From: Haloferax volcanii DS2
GTDB lineage: Archaea; Halobacteriota; Halobacteria; Halobacteriales; Haloferacaceae
DNA: 32,000 nucleotides
Direction of reading: 5' to 3'
NCBI RefSeq assembly: GCF_000025685.1
Contig: NC_013964.1
Coordinates: 330,001-362,000 of the forward strand
In this document: piece after piece, positions 9,653-18,352 of the stretch
Layout: every line of letters begins with the position of its first letter
Position numbering within the stretch: the stretch's first letter is position 1
Made by a program: the position numbers and the translations under genes
The notes under the pieces: model-generated
Told to the model about the DNA's origin: nothing
Seen by the model: the letters and a program-made list of their open reading frames with translations, nothing else
The model's database searches: none

Positions 9653-9754
9653 GCACCGACGTGGCCGGGGCTCGTATATTGTGACTGCTATGTTGTCTCA
9701 ATAGTAATCTGTTCAGTACGTTGCCATCATAGTACGGTTGATAAGTAGTTGTCG

Positions 9755-10444
9755 ATGACGTATCGTATGCTCACTATCGGGCATCGAGGCTGTGCGGGCC
9801 AGTATCCAGAGAACACGATTCCCGCAATCGAGGGGTCCGCGCCCCACGTCGACCTCGTCGAGGTGGACGTGATGCGCTGTGGCTCCGGGGAGCTGGTGGC
9901 GTTTCACGACGACGACCTGTCGCGGCTGACGACGGCCGCGGGTCGACTCGACGAAACCGCCGTCGACGACCTCACGGCGCTTCGCGTCGACGGCTCGGAG
10001 GCGACGATTCCGCGGTTCGACCAGGTGGTCGAGGCGTGGCCCGCGGGCACCGGCATGAATCTCGACACCCGCGACCCGGGCCTCGTCGAAGACGCCTTAG
10101 CGGCCGTCGAGGGACTCGACGAGCGGGTCGTCTTCTCGTCGCCGTCGCGCGAAGCGGTCGATATCGCGCTGGAGACGCCGACGCCGGCCGAGGTCGGCTA
10201 CTCGTTCCGCGACGACGTGTCCGCGGAGTTGACGTGGGCGGCAGAACGAGGCTGTGAGTTCGTCCACGTCGAACACGGCCTGTGTACCTCCTCGGACCTC
10301 GTGGAGCGCGCGCACGACGCCGGCCTGCTCGTCGACGCGTGGACCGTCGACGACGAAGCGACCGCGACGACCCTCCGGTCGCTCGGCGTGGACGCCCTCA
10401 CCGTCGACCGATGGGATGTCGTCGCCCCGGAGGCGTGCTCGTGA
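9755..10444 (+). CDS. Glycerophosphodiester phosphodiesterase (GDPD/UgpQ-like), cytoplasmic
   Basis: GHRGCAGQYPENT, VEVDV and LVAFHDDDLSRLT are canonical GDPD catalytic motifs. There is no signal peptide. The start could be ATG 9755 or 9767; the track uses TTG 9749. Confidence 0.85.
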   Translation: MTYRMLTIGHRGCAGQYPENTIPAIEGSAPHVDLVEVDVMRCGSGELVAFHDDDLSRLTTAAGRLDETAVDDLTALRVDGSEATIPRFDQVVEAWPAGTGMNLDTRDPGLVEDALAAVEGLDERVVFSSPSREAVDIALETPTPAEVGYSFRDDVSAELTWAAERGCEFVHVEHGLCTSSDLVERAHDAGLLVDAWTVDDEATATTLRSLGVDALTVDRWDVVAPEACS

Positions 10445-10563
10445 ACCCGACTCGACGCCCGAGGCCGTCGACCGCCTTTTTATACCCCAATCATAGCGGT
10501 ACGAGCCACACCAGAGAACAACATATGTCTAATTATACTCCAAATAATAGGAAAATTTAAATT

Positions 10564-12057
10564 ATGTGTTCGGATATGTCCCAGTACATGCCTGAAAATG
10601 GCCCTATCGGCGAGCGAGCCGAAACGACGAACCGAGCTATCGGACGCACAACCAGTCGGCGCGGATTCCTCGCGACGGCGGGGGCCGTCGGCGTCGCGGG
10701 ACTCGCGGGCTGTTCCGGCGGCGGGGGCGACTCACCGACCGGGACCGAGGGCGGAAGCGGGAGCACCGAACAGTCGGGAACGACGGCGGGGACATCCGGC
10801 GCGCAGGACGTGACCGTCTCGTTTTGGCACATCTTCGGCGGCGAACTCGGCCAGACGCTGGGAGACATGGCCGCCGAGTTCTCACAGCAGAACGACGGAA
10901 TCACCATCGAGGCGGTCAACAACGGCGGCTACCGGCAGAACCTCAACCAGTCGTTGCAGGCGTCGCGGGCCGGCGATCCGCCGGGTATCGTCCAGATATT
11001 CGAGGTCGGGACGCGACTCGCGCTCGACAGCGGCTCGTTCACGCCGGTCGAGGAGATTCTGCCGGAAGAGGAAATCGACTTCGACGACTTCCTGCCGTCA
11101 GTCTTGAACTACTACCGCATGGACGGGACGCTGAACTCGATGCCGTTCAACTCCTCGAACACCATCATGCTCTACAACAAGACCGCGTTCGAGGAGGCGG
11201 GCCTCGACCCCGAAACCCCGCCGCGGAGCCTCGCGGAGGTCCGGCAGGCCGCACAGACCATCGTCGACCAGACCGACATGGAGAGCGGAATCAGCTGGCC
11301 GAACCACACCTGGATGCAGGTCGAACAGCAGTTCGCCAAACAGGACCAAGTGCTCGTGAACCAAGAGAACGGCCGCGACGGTCGACCCGACCAGACGTTC
11401 TTCAACTCCGAGGCGGGCCGCAGCGTCTACTCCTGGTGGAAGGGGATGGCCCAAGACGGCCTCTATCTCAACCCCGGCATCGAGGCGTGGGGCGAAGCGC
11501 GACAGGCGTTCCTCACCCAGAAGGTGCCGATGCTGTGGGACTCCACGTCGAACATCGTCTCGATGCAGTCCGGCGCGAAGGAGAACGGCTTCGAACTCGG
11601 CTCCGGCTACCTGCCGACGCCCGACGGCGCGAACACCGGCGTCGTCATCGGCGGGGGGTCGCTGTGGGTTCCCGACGCCCTCTCCGACGAGAAAAAGCAG
11701 GCCGCGGGAGAGTTCATCGCCTACGTCACCCAGACCGAGCAGCAGGCGCGCTGGCACCGCAACAGCGGCTACTTCCCGGTCCGACAGAGCTCCATCGACC
11801 AGCTCACGGACGACGGCTGGTTCGACAACAACCCCAACTTCAGCACGGCGTTCGACCAGCTACAAGACACCGAAGACACGCCCGCGACTCGCGGCGCGGT
11901 GATGGGCGTGTTCCCCAAGACCCGGTCGATTAACGAGGAGATATCGGTCAGCATCATCAACGACCAACTCGGCGTCGAGGAGGGGCTGTCGCGGATGGAC
12001 ACGCAGGTCGGCGAGGCGCTCGCCGGCTACAACGGCAACTTCGACGGGAGCGAGTAG
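10564..12057 (+). CDS. ABC transporter substrate-binding lipoprotein (sugar / sn-glycerol-3-phosphate UgpB-like family) with a Tat signal
   Basis: SRRGFLATAGAVGVAGLAGCSGG gives a twin-arginine motif plus lipobox. It is followed by a Thr/Gly/Ser linker and a family-1 SBP body. The true start may be a downstream ATG (10576 or 10588). Confidence 0.85.
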   Translation: MCSDMSQYMPENGPIGERAETTNRAIGRTTSRRGFLATAGAVGVAGLAGCSGGGGDSPTGTEGGSGSTEQSGTTAGTSGAQDVTVSFWHIFGGELGQTLGDMAAEFSQQNDGITIEAVNNGGYRQNLNQSLQASRAGDPPGIVQIFEVGTRLALDSGSFTPVEEILPEEEIDFDDFLPSVLNYYRMDGTLNSMPFNSSNTIMLYNKTAFEEAGLDPETPPRSLAEVRQAAQTIVDQTDMESGISWPNHTWMQVEQQFAKQDQVLVNQENGRDGRPDQTFFNSEAGRSVYSWWKGMAQDGLYLNPGIEAWGEARQAFLTQKVPMLWDSTSNIVSMQSGAKENGFELGSGYLPTPDGANTGVVIGGGSLWVPDALSDEKKQAAGEFIAYVTQTEQQARWHRNSGYFPVRQSSIDQLTDDGWFDNNPNFSTAFDQLQDTEDTPATRGAVMGVFPKTRSINEEISVSIINDQLGVEEGLSRMDTQVGEALAGYNGNFDGSE

Positions 12058-12079
12058 GCTCCCCCGACACGTTATTTAC

Positions 12080-12973
12080 ATGTCTACTGCCACAAAACCG
12101 TACGATTCGACGCTTCAGGCGGCGCTGTTGTTGCTCCCGACAGCTGCGGTACTCGTCGCGTTTCTGTACTACCCCGCGCTCGAAACGTTCCGCCTCAGTC
12201 TCTACGAGACGCTGTTTCTCGGACAGCGACAGACGTGGACCGGGCTCGGGAATTTCGTCACCCTGCTCACGTCGGGCACCTACCAGTACAGCTTCTTCAT
12301 CACGGTCGCGTTCGCGGCGGTCGTCGTCTTCGGGACGCTCGGCGTCTCGCTGCTGATCGGCTACCTGATATTCTCCGTCGACGTTCGGTCGTCCGTCTAT
12401 CTCGTCGCCGCGATTTGGCCGTACGCGCTCCCGCCGGCGGTCGCCGCGATTCTCCTGAACTTCATTCTCCACCCGAATCTCGGCATCTTCACCCACTACC
12501 TCGAACTCCTGACGCCGCTCACCTTGGACTGGTTCAACGACGGCCCGCAGGCGTTCGCCATCCTCGCGGTCGTCGCCGTCTGGAAACAGCTCGGCTACAA
12601 CATCATCTTCATCGTCGCCGCGCTGAACAACATCCCCGAGATACTGACGGAGAACGCGCGCATCGACGGCGTCGGCCGGTTCAGGATGCTGTACAAGGTG
12701 TACGTGCCGATGATTGCGCCGACGATGACGTTCCTCGTCGTCATGAACACGATATACGCGTTCTTCTCGACGTTCCCGCTCGTCGACCTGATGACGAGCG
12801 GCGGGCCGAGCGACGCAACGAACTTCCTGATATTCAAGCTCTACCGCGACGCCTTCCAGTTCAACAGCCTCGGGCTGGCGTCCGCGCAGTCCGTGATTCT
12901 GTTCGTCGTCGTGTCGGTTCTGATGTACATCCAGCTTCGGTTCGCGTCGGGCTACGGGCGGTACGGAGGATAA
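12080..12973 (+). CDS. ABC transporter permease (UgpA/MalF-like)
   Basis: 297 aa and multi-TM. It has the EAA-type loop region (ENARIDGVGRFRMLYKVYVPMIAPT) typical of carbohydrate-uptake (CUT1) permeases. Confidence 0.9.
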   Translation: MSTATKPYDSTLQAALLLLPTAAVLVAFLYYPALETFRLSLYETLFLGQRQTWTGLGNFVTLLTSGTYQYSFFITVAFAAVVVFGTLGVSLLIGYLIFSVDVRSSVYLVAAIWPYALPPAVAAILLNFILHPNLGIFTHYLELLTPLTLDWFNDGPQAFAILAVVAVWKQLGYNIIFIVAALNNIPEILTENARIDGVGRFRMLYKVYVPMIAPTMTFLVVMNTIYAFFSTFPLVDLMTSGGPSDATNFLIFKLYRDAFQFNSLGLASAQSVILFVVVSVLMYIQLRFASGYGRYGG

Positions 12974-12977
12974 CGAG

Positions 12978-13844
12978 ATGGCCACAGAGACAGACACCAC
13001 GACGTTCGACGCGGGAAGACTCGCGCACCGACTGCCGGACGACGCGCTGCTGCACGGCGGCATCGTCTTCGCAATCCTCCTGATGGCGTCGCCGCTGCTG
13101 CTCGCGATTATCATGAGCACGCAGTCGACGACGGAGGTGTATCAGGTGACGAACCTCGGCCTCGGGTCGAGGGGGCTGTCGAACTACTCGGACGCGCTCG
13201 TGAACTACGACTTCAGCACGTACATGCTGAACTCGTTCGTGATGAGCGTCGTCGTCGTCGTCGGGAAGGTCACGCTCTCGCTGTTCGCGGCGCTCGCGCT
13301 CGTCTACTACCGCTTCCCGTACGAGCGGGCGGTGTTCATGTTCATCCTGCTGACGCTGTTGTTGCCGGTGCCGGTTCGAATCGTCCCGCTGTTCCAGCTG
13401 ATGGCCGACCTCGGCTGGACGAACTCCCTGTTGGCGTTGACCGGACCCTACATCGCGAGCGCGACGGCCGTGTTCCTCTTTCGCCAGCAGTTCACGGGGA
13501 TTCCGGCCTCGCTCGTCGAGGTCGCGCGCCTCGACGGCGTCGGCCCGCTCACCTTCCTGTTCAGGGTGCTCGTCCCGATGTCGAGAGGGATGATTGCCGG
13601 GGTGTGCGTTATCACGTTCATCTACACGTGGAACCAGTTCCTCTGGCCGCTGGTCGTCGTGACCGACAAGAGCAGTCAGGTCGTCCAAGTGGGGATTCGG
13701 TACCTCCAGGGCTCCGCGCAGGCGGGGCTGACGCAGTGGGGGCTCATCATGGCCGGCGCGGTCCTCGCGTTGCTCCCGCCGCTCGTGGTGCTCGTCGTGC
13801 TGCACCGACCGCTCCTGCGAACGCTCACCATCCAACAGAAATAG
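12978..13844 (+). CDS. ABC transporter permease (UgpE/MalG-like)
   Basis: 288 aa and multi-TM, with the EAA loop (EVARLDGVGPLTFLFRVLVPMSRG). It starts 5 nt after the preceding permease gene. Confidence 0.9.
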   Translation: MATETDTTTFDAGRLAHRLPDDALLHGGIVFAILLMASPLLLAIIMSTQSTTEVYQVTNLGLGSRGLSNYSDALVNYDFSTYMLNSFVMSVVVVVGKVTLSLFAALALVYYRFPYERAVFMFILLTLLLPVPVRIVPLFQLMADLGWTNSLLALTGPYIASATAVFLFRQQFTGIPASLVEVARLDGVGPLTFLFRVLVPMSRGMIAGVCVITFIYTWNQFLWPLVVVTDKSSQVVQVGIRYLQGSAQAGLTQWGLIMAGAVLALLPPLVVLVVLHRPLLRTLTIQQK

Positions 13845-13854
13845 CGAACCCACC

Positions 13855-14988
13855 ATGTCAGACATCACGATTCAGAACTTACGGAAGACGTACGACGACG
13901 TGCGCGCCGTGAAGGGTATCGACCTCGAAATCGAAGACGGCGAGTTCCTCGTCGTCGTCGGCCCCTCGGGGTGCGGGAAATCGACGACGCTCCGGATGCT
14001 CGCCGGCCTCGAATCGGTGACGGACGGCTCCATCGCCATCGGCGACCGCGTCGTCAACGAGGTGCCGCCGAAGGACCGAAGCATCGCGATGGTGTTTCAG
14101 AACTACGCGCTGTACCCGCACATGACGGCGGCAGAGAACATGAAGTTCGGCATGAAATCGGCCAGCGAGTTCTCCGCCGACGAAATCGAACGGCGCGTGG
14201 AAGACGCCACCGAGACGCTCGGTATCGCACACCTCCGCGACCGGAAGCCGAAGGAACTCTCGGGCGGGGAGCGACAGCGGGTCGCCATCGGCCGGGCGCT
14301 CGTCCGCGAACCGGACGTGTTCCTGATGGACGAGCCGCTGTCCAACCTCGACGCGAAGCTCCGGGTGCAGATGCGCGCCGAACTGCTCAAACTCCACCGC
14401 GACCTCGATACGACGACCGTCTACGTCACCCACGACCAGACGGAGGCGATGACGCTCGGCGACAGGGTCGCGGTGCTCGAAGACGGGAGGCTCCAGCAGG
14501 TCGCACCGCCCCAAGAGCTGTACGACTACCCGACGAACCAGTTCGTCGCCGGCTTCGTCGGCGAGCCCGCGATGAACTTCGTTCCCGTGGCGGTCCGCCG
14601 GCAGAGGAGCGAACTCGTCGCCGAAGCGCCGGGCCTCTCGCTCACGCTCCCTGCGGGCTCCGGGCTGGACGACGTGGACGACGACGGCCTCACCCTCGGC
14701 GTCAGACCCGAAGACGTGTCTCTCGTCTCGAACACCGCCGGGGCGTCGGAGTCGTTCACCGCCGAGGTGACGGTCACCGAACCGCTCGGCGAACTCCTGC
14801 TTCTGCACTGTCGCCTCGGCGACGAGGAGATTCGGGTCAAAGTCGAGCCGCGAAGCCGAATCACGGCCGGAGACACCGTCGAACTCGCCGTCGATACGGA
14901 CCGCCTGCACCTGTTCGATGCGGACGGCGACGCCGTCTACCACTCGTCGGTTCCCGAGCGGGCGACCGAGAGCGTCGTAGCCGACTGA
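13855..14988 (+). CDS. ABC transporter ATP-binding protein (UgpC/MalK-like)
   Basis: It has Walker A (GPSGCGKST), the ABC signature (LSGGERQRVAIGRAL), Walker B (VFLMDEPLSNLD) and a C-terminal TOBE-like regulatory domain. Confidence 0.95.
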   Translation: MSDITIQNLRKTYDDVRAVKGIDLEIEDGEFLVVVGPSGCGKSTTLRMLAGLESVTDGSIAIGDRVVNEVPPKDRSIAMVFQNYALYPHMTAAENMKFGMKSASEFSADEIERRVEDATETLGIAHLRDRKPKELSGGERQRVAIGRALVREPDVFLMDEPLSNLDAKLRVQMRAELLKLHRDLDTTTVYVTHDQTEAMTLGDRVAVLEDGRLQQVAPPQELYDYPTNQFVAGFVGEPAMNFVPVAVRRQRSELVAEAPGLSLTLPAGSGLDDVDDDGLTLGVRPEDVSLVSNTAGASESFTAEVTVTEPLGELLLLHCRLGDEEIRVKVEPRSRITAGDTVELAVDTDRLHLFDADGDAVYHSSVPERATESVVAD

Positions 14989-15035
14989 CGAGGCAGGCGG
15001 CGAGGCGAGCGGCGAAGCGAACGCAGGGCGCGTCG

Positions 15036-15437
15036 CTACCGCCCGTCGAACGCCTCGGGCGACAGGTCGAGTCCCGCGCGCTCCTCGTCGGTGAGGTCTT
15101 CGAGGACGCTCGTGCCGGACCCCGGTTTCGAGTCCCACGACCAGTCCTCGTGAAGGCGGAGGCGGCCGTCTTCCAGTCGCTCGATGCGGTCCGTCGAGTG
15201 GCCGGTCGCAGTCGTCCCGTCGTCGGTGACGTGAGAGTACCGGAAGTCGAGCGTGTCGCCGCGGTGGCGGCCGACGAGGTGGCCCAGCCTGACGGTTCCG
15301 CCGCGGTACGCCGCGTGAATCAGGTCGCCGGACTGGTCGAACCAGAAGTGGGTGTCGCCGCCGACGTCGCCGCTCTCGGCGTTGGCGACCGATTTGAAGA
15401 CGCGCCCGTCGAGGGACGGCGCGTGAGATTCGGACAT
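15036..15437 (-). CDS. Hypothetical protein (133 aa)
   Basis: An internal ATG gives MSESHAPSLDGRVFKSV..., with good GC3 bias and an acidic composition. The upstream part of the 168-aa ORF is Arg-rich and looks non-coding. I do not recognise a confident family. Confidence 0.6.
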   Translation of the reverse strand: MSESHAPSLDGRVFKSVANAESGDVGGDTHFWFDQSGDLIHAAYRGGTVRLGHLVGRHRGDTLDFRYSHVTDDGTTATGHSTDRIERLEDGRLRLHEDWSWDSKPGSGTSVLEDLTDEERAGLDLSPEAFDGR

Positions 15438-15548
15438 AGTCCGTGTGCGAGGCGGACCGTTATGAGTGGTCCGCCGAGAACTGCGAGCGGCCGACTTCCC
15501 CCGGTCGACCGCCCGTCGCGGCCCCTGCACCACCACTACCACCAGCGG

Positions 15549-15734
15549 TCAGTAGCTACTCCGATCTCCCGAACCGGAGTCAGAGCCGTTTTTGACCGCG
15601 TCAGTCGCCTTTTCGATGCCTTTCTTGGCTTTCTCCTCGCTCACCTTCGTCCGCTTGCCGACCTGTTTGGCGACTTCGTCTTCGTGGCCCTCTACCAGTC
15701 CGAGCAGCCGTCGAAGCTTGCTCATCACGCCCAT
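15549..15734 (-). CDS. Small Lys-rich hypothetical protein (61 aa; CsbD/MT0933-antitoxin-like repeat character)
   Basis: MGVMSKLRRLLGLVEGHEDEVAKQVGKRTKVSEEKAKKGIEKATDAVKNGSDSGSGDRSSY. The composition is unusual for this genome. An AT-rich promoter-like island (TCTATAAATCCAATATATAATAAAATA, about 15858-15885) lies upstream. Confidence 0.45.
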   Translation of the reverse strand: MGVMSKLRRLLGLVEGHEDEVAKQVGKRTKVSEEKAKKGIEKATDAVKNGSDSGSGDRSSY

Positions 15735-16326
15735 GGCGTCGGCAGTAGCGACCCCTCGGAGGAAAAGGTGGTGGCCCCGAACCGCGGAATCGACACCCGA
15801 GAGAGACGGCGGCCGGCTTCGGGTAGACGGTGAATCAACAGTCGAAAGAACGGCATATCTATAAATCCAATATATAATAAAATACTGAGAGGTGTGCGAG
15901 CAGTCAATCGTCTTTCTCTACGGTAGGAGAGGAGTGAACGGGTCGGTCGATACGGCCCGTTCGAAGGAACCAACAGACGAAAAAAGGAACTAGACGCAGT
16001 CTTCAGGCCCGCGAGGGTCGAGCTTTCGATACGTGCCGTTCGGAGCGACTCTCGCGTCGTCAGCACGAACGACGGCCTCGCGTGATGTTCGAGTCGGTAG
16101 CGGCAGTACGGTCGCTTTCGTCGGGTACAGTGATTGAGCGTCGGTTGTACTCTGGTAGCAAGGTCTCGAAACCGGCGAGTATCCGACGGCGGGTTCCGAG
16201 ACGAGTGGGTCCATCGTCCAGTCCCGAGATTGAATGAAATATGGTATTTTTTCGATACTCCCGAATTTCTGTTAGTTCGTTCTGGCGTTCCTGTCGGGGC
16301 GACGAGCCATGGTCCCGATCGGCGTC

Positions 16327-16677
16327 TCAGCTTCCCCGGTAGGTCGTGTAGCTCCCCGGCGACAGCAACAGGGGAACGTGATAGTGCTCGTTGGCGTCGT
16401 CGACGACGAACCGGACCGGAACCGTCTCCAAGAACGACGATTCCGTGGGGCCGTCGCGGTAGTACGGGCCGACTTCGAACAGGAGTTGGTAGGTTCCGGT
16501 CTCCATCGCGTCGCCCGACAAAAGCGGTTCGTCGACCCGTCCGTCGTCGTTGGTCGTGCCGCGGCCGACCGTCTCCGCCTCGCCGGACGAATCCAGTTTT
16601 TGAAGCGTCACGTCGACGCCGGCCGCCGGTCCCTCGCTGCTGGTGTCGAGGACGTGCGTGGTTACTCCTTCGCTCAT
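16327..16677 (-). CDS. uraH: 5-hydroxyisourate hydrolase (transthyretin-like)
   Basis: 116 aa. It begins ...THVLDTS..G.PAAGV and ends with the diagnostic C-terminal tetrapeptide YRGS. An HYHVPLLLSP motif is present. Confidence 0.9.
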   Translation of the reverse strand: MSEGVTTHVLDTSSEGPAAGVDVTLQKLDSSGEAETVGRGTTNDDGRVDEPLLSGDAMETGTYQLLFEVGPYYRDGPTESSFLETVPVRFVVDDANEHYHVPLLLSPGSYTTYRGS

Positions 16678-16678
16678 C

Positions 16679-17665
16679 TTACTGCTCGTCGAGGTCGCCG
16701 CGGTCCATCGAGAACTGCTGGAAGCCGGTCGGCGCGGGCGGCTCCCGCAGGACGCTGGCGTCGCCGTCGAGGTCGTCGCGGACGCTGAGCCAGGTGCGGT
16801 TGTTCGCCTCGAACCGAACGGACGCGAGCTGCGGATAGCGTTCGAGGACGCGCAGGCCGATTTGGTAGATGAGGTCCTGAATCGAGTTCGAGTCGACCTC
16901 GTCGAAGACGACGTGGGCGATGTCGCGGACCTGCTCGGACGGCACGTACCGTTCGGGGTCCTCGCCGAGCGCGTCTTCGGGGTCGTCGTAGCTCCAGAAG
17001 ATATCGAGCGAGATGTAGAGCGTTCGGTCCTCGCGCTCCGGGAGCGTCGTGTACTCGTCTTGGACGTAGCCGGTGAACGAACTCCCCTCGACCTTGACCA
17101 GTTCGAGGCCGGTGACGCCGCTCGTCTGGTCGGTGATGACGGGTGTGCCGTCGTCTCGCGTCAGCGAGATGGAGCCGTAGCCGGACTCGTTGTCGGAGAC
17201 GCGGAAGACGAGGTCGCTCGCCTCGTACCCGTCGCCGTCGTCCTCTGGGACGGGCAGTTCGTCGAATCGAATCTCGTCGGCCGACACCTCGACGGCGCTC
17301 ATCTGCGAGTAGGTGTCCAAGAACCCCGACCCGACGAACTCCAAGAAGCCTTCGAGGGTGGCCCCGTCGTACTCGCCGGCGTGGTGGAGGATGAAGTTCT
17401 TCATCGAGTCCGTCGCCACGACCTTCGTGTTGTCGCCCTCGCTGAACGACGGCAGGAACTCCTCGCCTTCGACCTGCACGCGAACGTCGAGGCCGAACAG
17501 CACGTTGTCCCGCCCGTCGAACGACGACTCCGGAATCGTGCGAACGCCCTCCAGCGGGGTCGCGTACGTCCGGTAGACGGCGACGTTCTCCTTCCCGTAG
17601 TTCATCGTCCGCTGTTCGCCGCTGTCCGGGGCGTCACCGTCCACCGGTGACTGTTGCGCTGTCAT
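16679..17665 (-). CDS. uox: Urate oxidase (cofactor-independent uricase)
   Basis: It has YGKENVAVYRT near the N-terminus and NTKVVATDSMKNFI (uricase signature region), consistent with a tandem T-fold. The stop is 1 nt before the uraH start. The start may instead be the internal ATG (MNYGKENV) at 17605. Confidence 0.85.
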   Translation of the reverse strand: MTAQQSPVDGDAPDSGEQRTMNYGKENVAVYRTYATPLEGVRTIPESSFDGRDNVLFGLDVRVQVEGEEFLPSFSEGDNTKVVATDSMKNFILHHAGEYDGATLEGFLEFVGSGFLDTYSQMSAVEVSADEIRFDELPVPEDDGDGYEASDLVFRVSDNESGYGSISLTRDDGTPVITDQTSGVTGLELVKVEGSSFTGYVQDEYTTLPEREDRTLYISLDIFWSYDDPEDALGEDPERYVPSEQVRDIAHVVFDEVDSNSIQDLIYQIGLRVLERYPQLASVRFEANNRTWLSVRDDLDGDASVLREPPAPTGFQQFSMDRGDLDEQ

Positions 17666-17762
17666 AATTCGTCTATGAAAGGTGCATCGTTAAACAAAAA
17701 TCTTTGCGTTCGCGTGACATACGCGACTCGTTTCGGCTTTGATTCAGACAGACAGTCGGTTC

Positions 17763-18269
17763 CTATTCTGACGAGAACCGCTCCGCCAACCGGAGTTCCG
17801 CAATCGTGTGGACCTCGTCCAGCGCGGTCCGAAACTCCGTCGACTCCGAGTGGTCGACCCGGCGTTCCATCGCCGCGGCAATCGCGTCGGGGTTCTCGTC
17901 TTTCACCGCCATGACGAACGGGAAGCCGAACCGCTCGCGGTACGTCTCGTTCAGTCGTTGGAACGTCTCGTACTGGCTCCGCGAGAGCGAGTCCAGCTCG
18001 GCCGACGCCTGTTCCGCCTCCGAGGCGTCGGTCATCTCGGTCCGCTCTCCGAGGTCGGGGTGCGCCCGGAGCAACTGGAGTTGCTTCTCGCGCGACGCGT
18101 CCTCGACGGCGCGCTTCATGGCCGACCGGAGTTCGTCCACGGACGAAAACGGTCGCGACGACCGCGCCCGCTCGGCGACCCACGGCGAGTGTTCGTATAT
18201 CTCCCCGAACGCGTCCACGAACGAGTCGTCGTCGAGGCGGTTCACCTGCTGGAGCGTGAGTTCGTGCAT
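17763..18269 (-). CDS. uraD: 2-oxo-4-hydroxy-4-carboxy-5-ureidoimidazoline (OHCU) decarboxylase
   Basis: The 168-aa C-terminal part of the long track ORF, starting at MHELTLQQVN. It contains FGEIYEHSPWVAE, LLRAHPDLG and FGFPFVMAV, which are typical of the OHCU decarboxylase family. The N-terminal approximately 395 aa of track ORF 17763..19457 is an Arg/Gly-rich artefact antisense-frame to the amidohydrolase. Confidence 0.85.
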   Translation of the reverse strand: MHELTLQQVNRLDDDSFVDAFGEIYEHSPWVAERARSSRPFSSVDELRSAMKRAVEDASREKQLQLLRAHPDLGERTEMTDASEAEQASAELDSLSRSQYETFQRLNETYRERFGFPFVMAVKDENPDAIAAAMERRVDHSESTEFRTALDEVHTIAELRLAERFSSE

Positions 18270-18352
18270 CGTTGTTTGGCGTGCGTGACCTCGACACTTC
18301 AACCTACTCGTGAACCTCCCTCCTTCCGCGTCGAATCGGCGGGGGGCCCGAC

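Noticed and set aside
13971-15833. 620-aa plus-strand ORF and 419-aa minus ORF (13879-15138) over the ABC ATPase region
   Set aside because: These are out-of-frame or antisense to a canonical Walker A/B ABC ATPase. Their sequences are extremely Arg-rich.
15990-16214. 74-aa minus-strand ORF in the uraH-flanking spacer
   Set aside because: It has mixed third-position composition, a non-acidic product and no recognisable domain. This is insufficient to call a gene.
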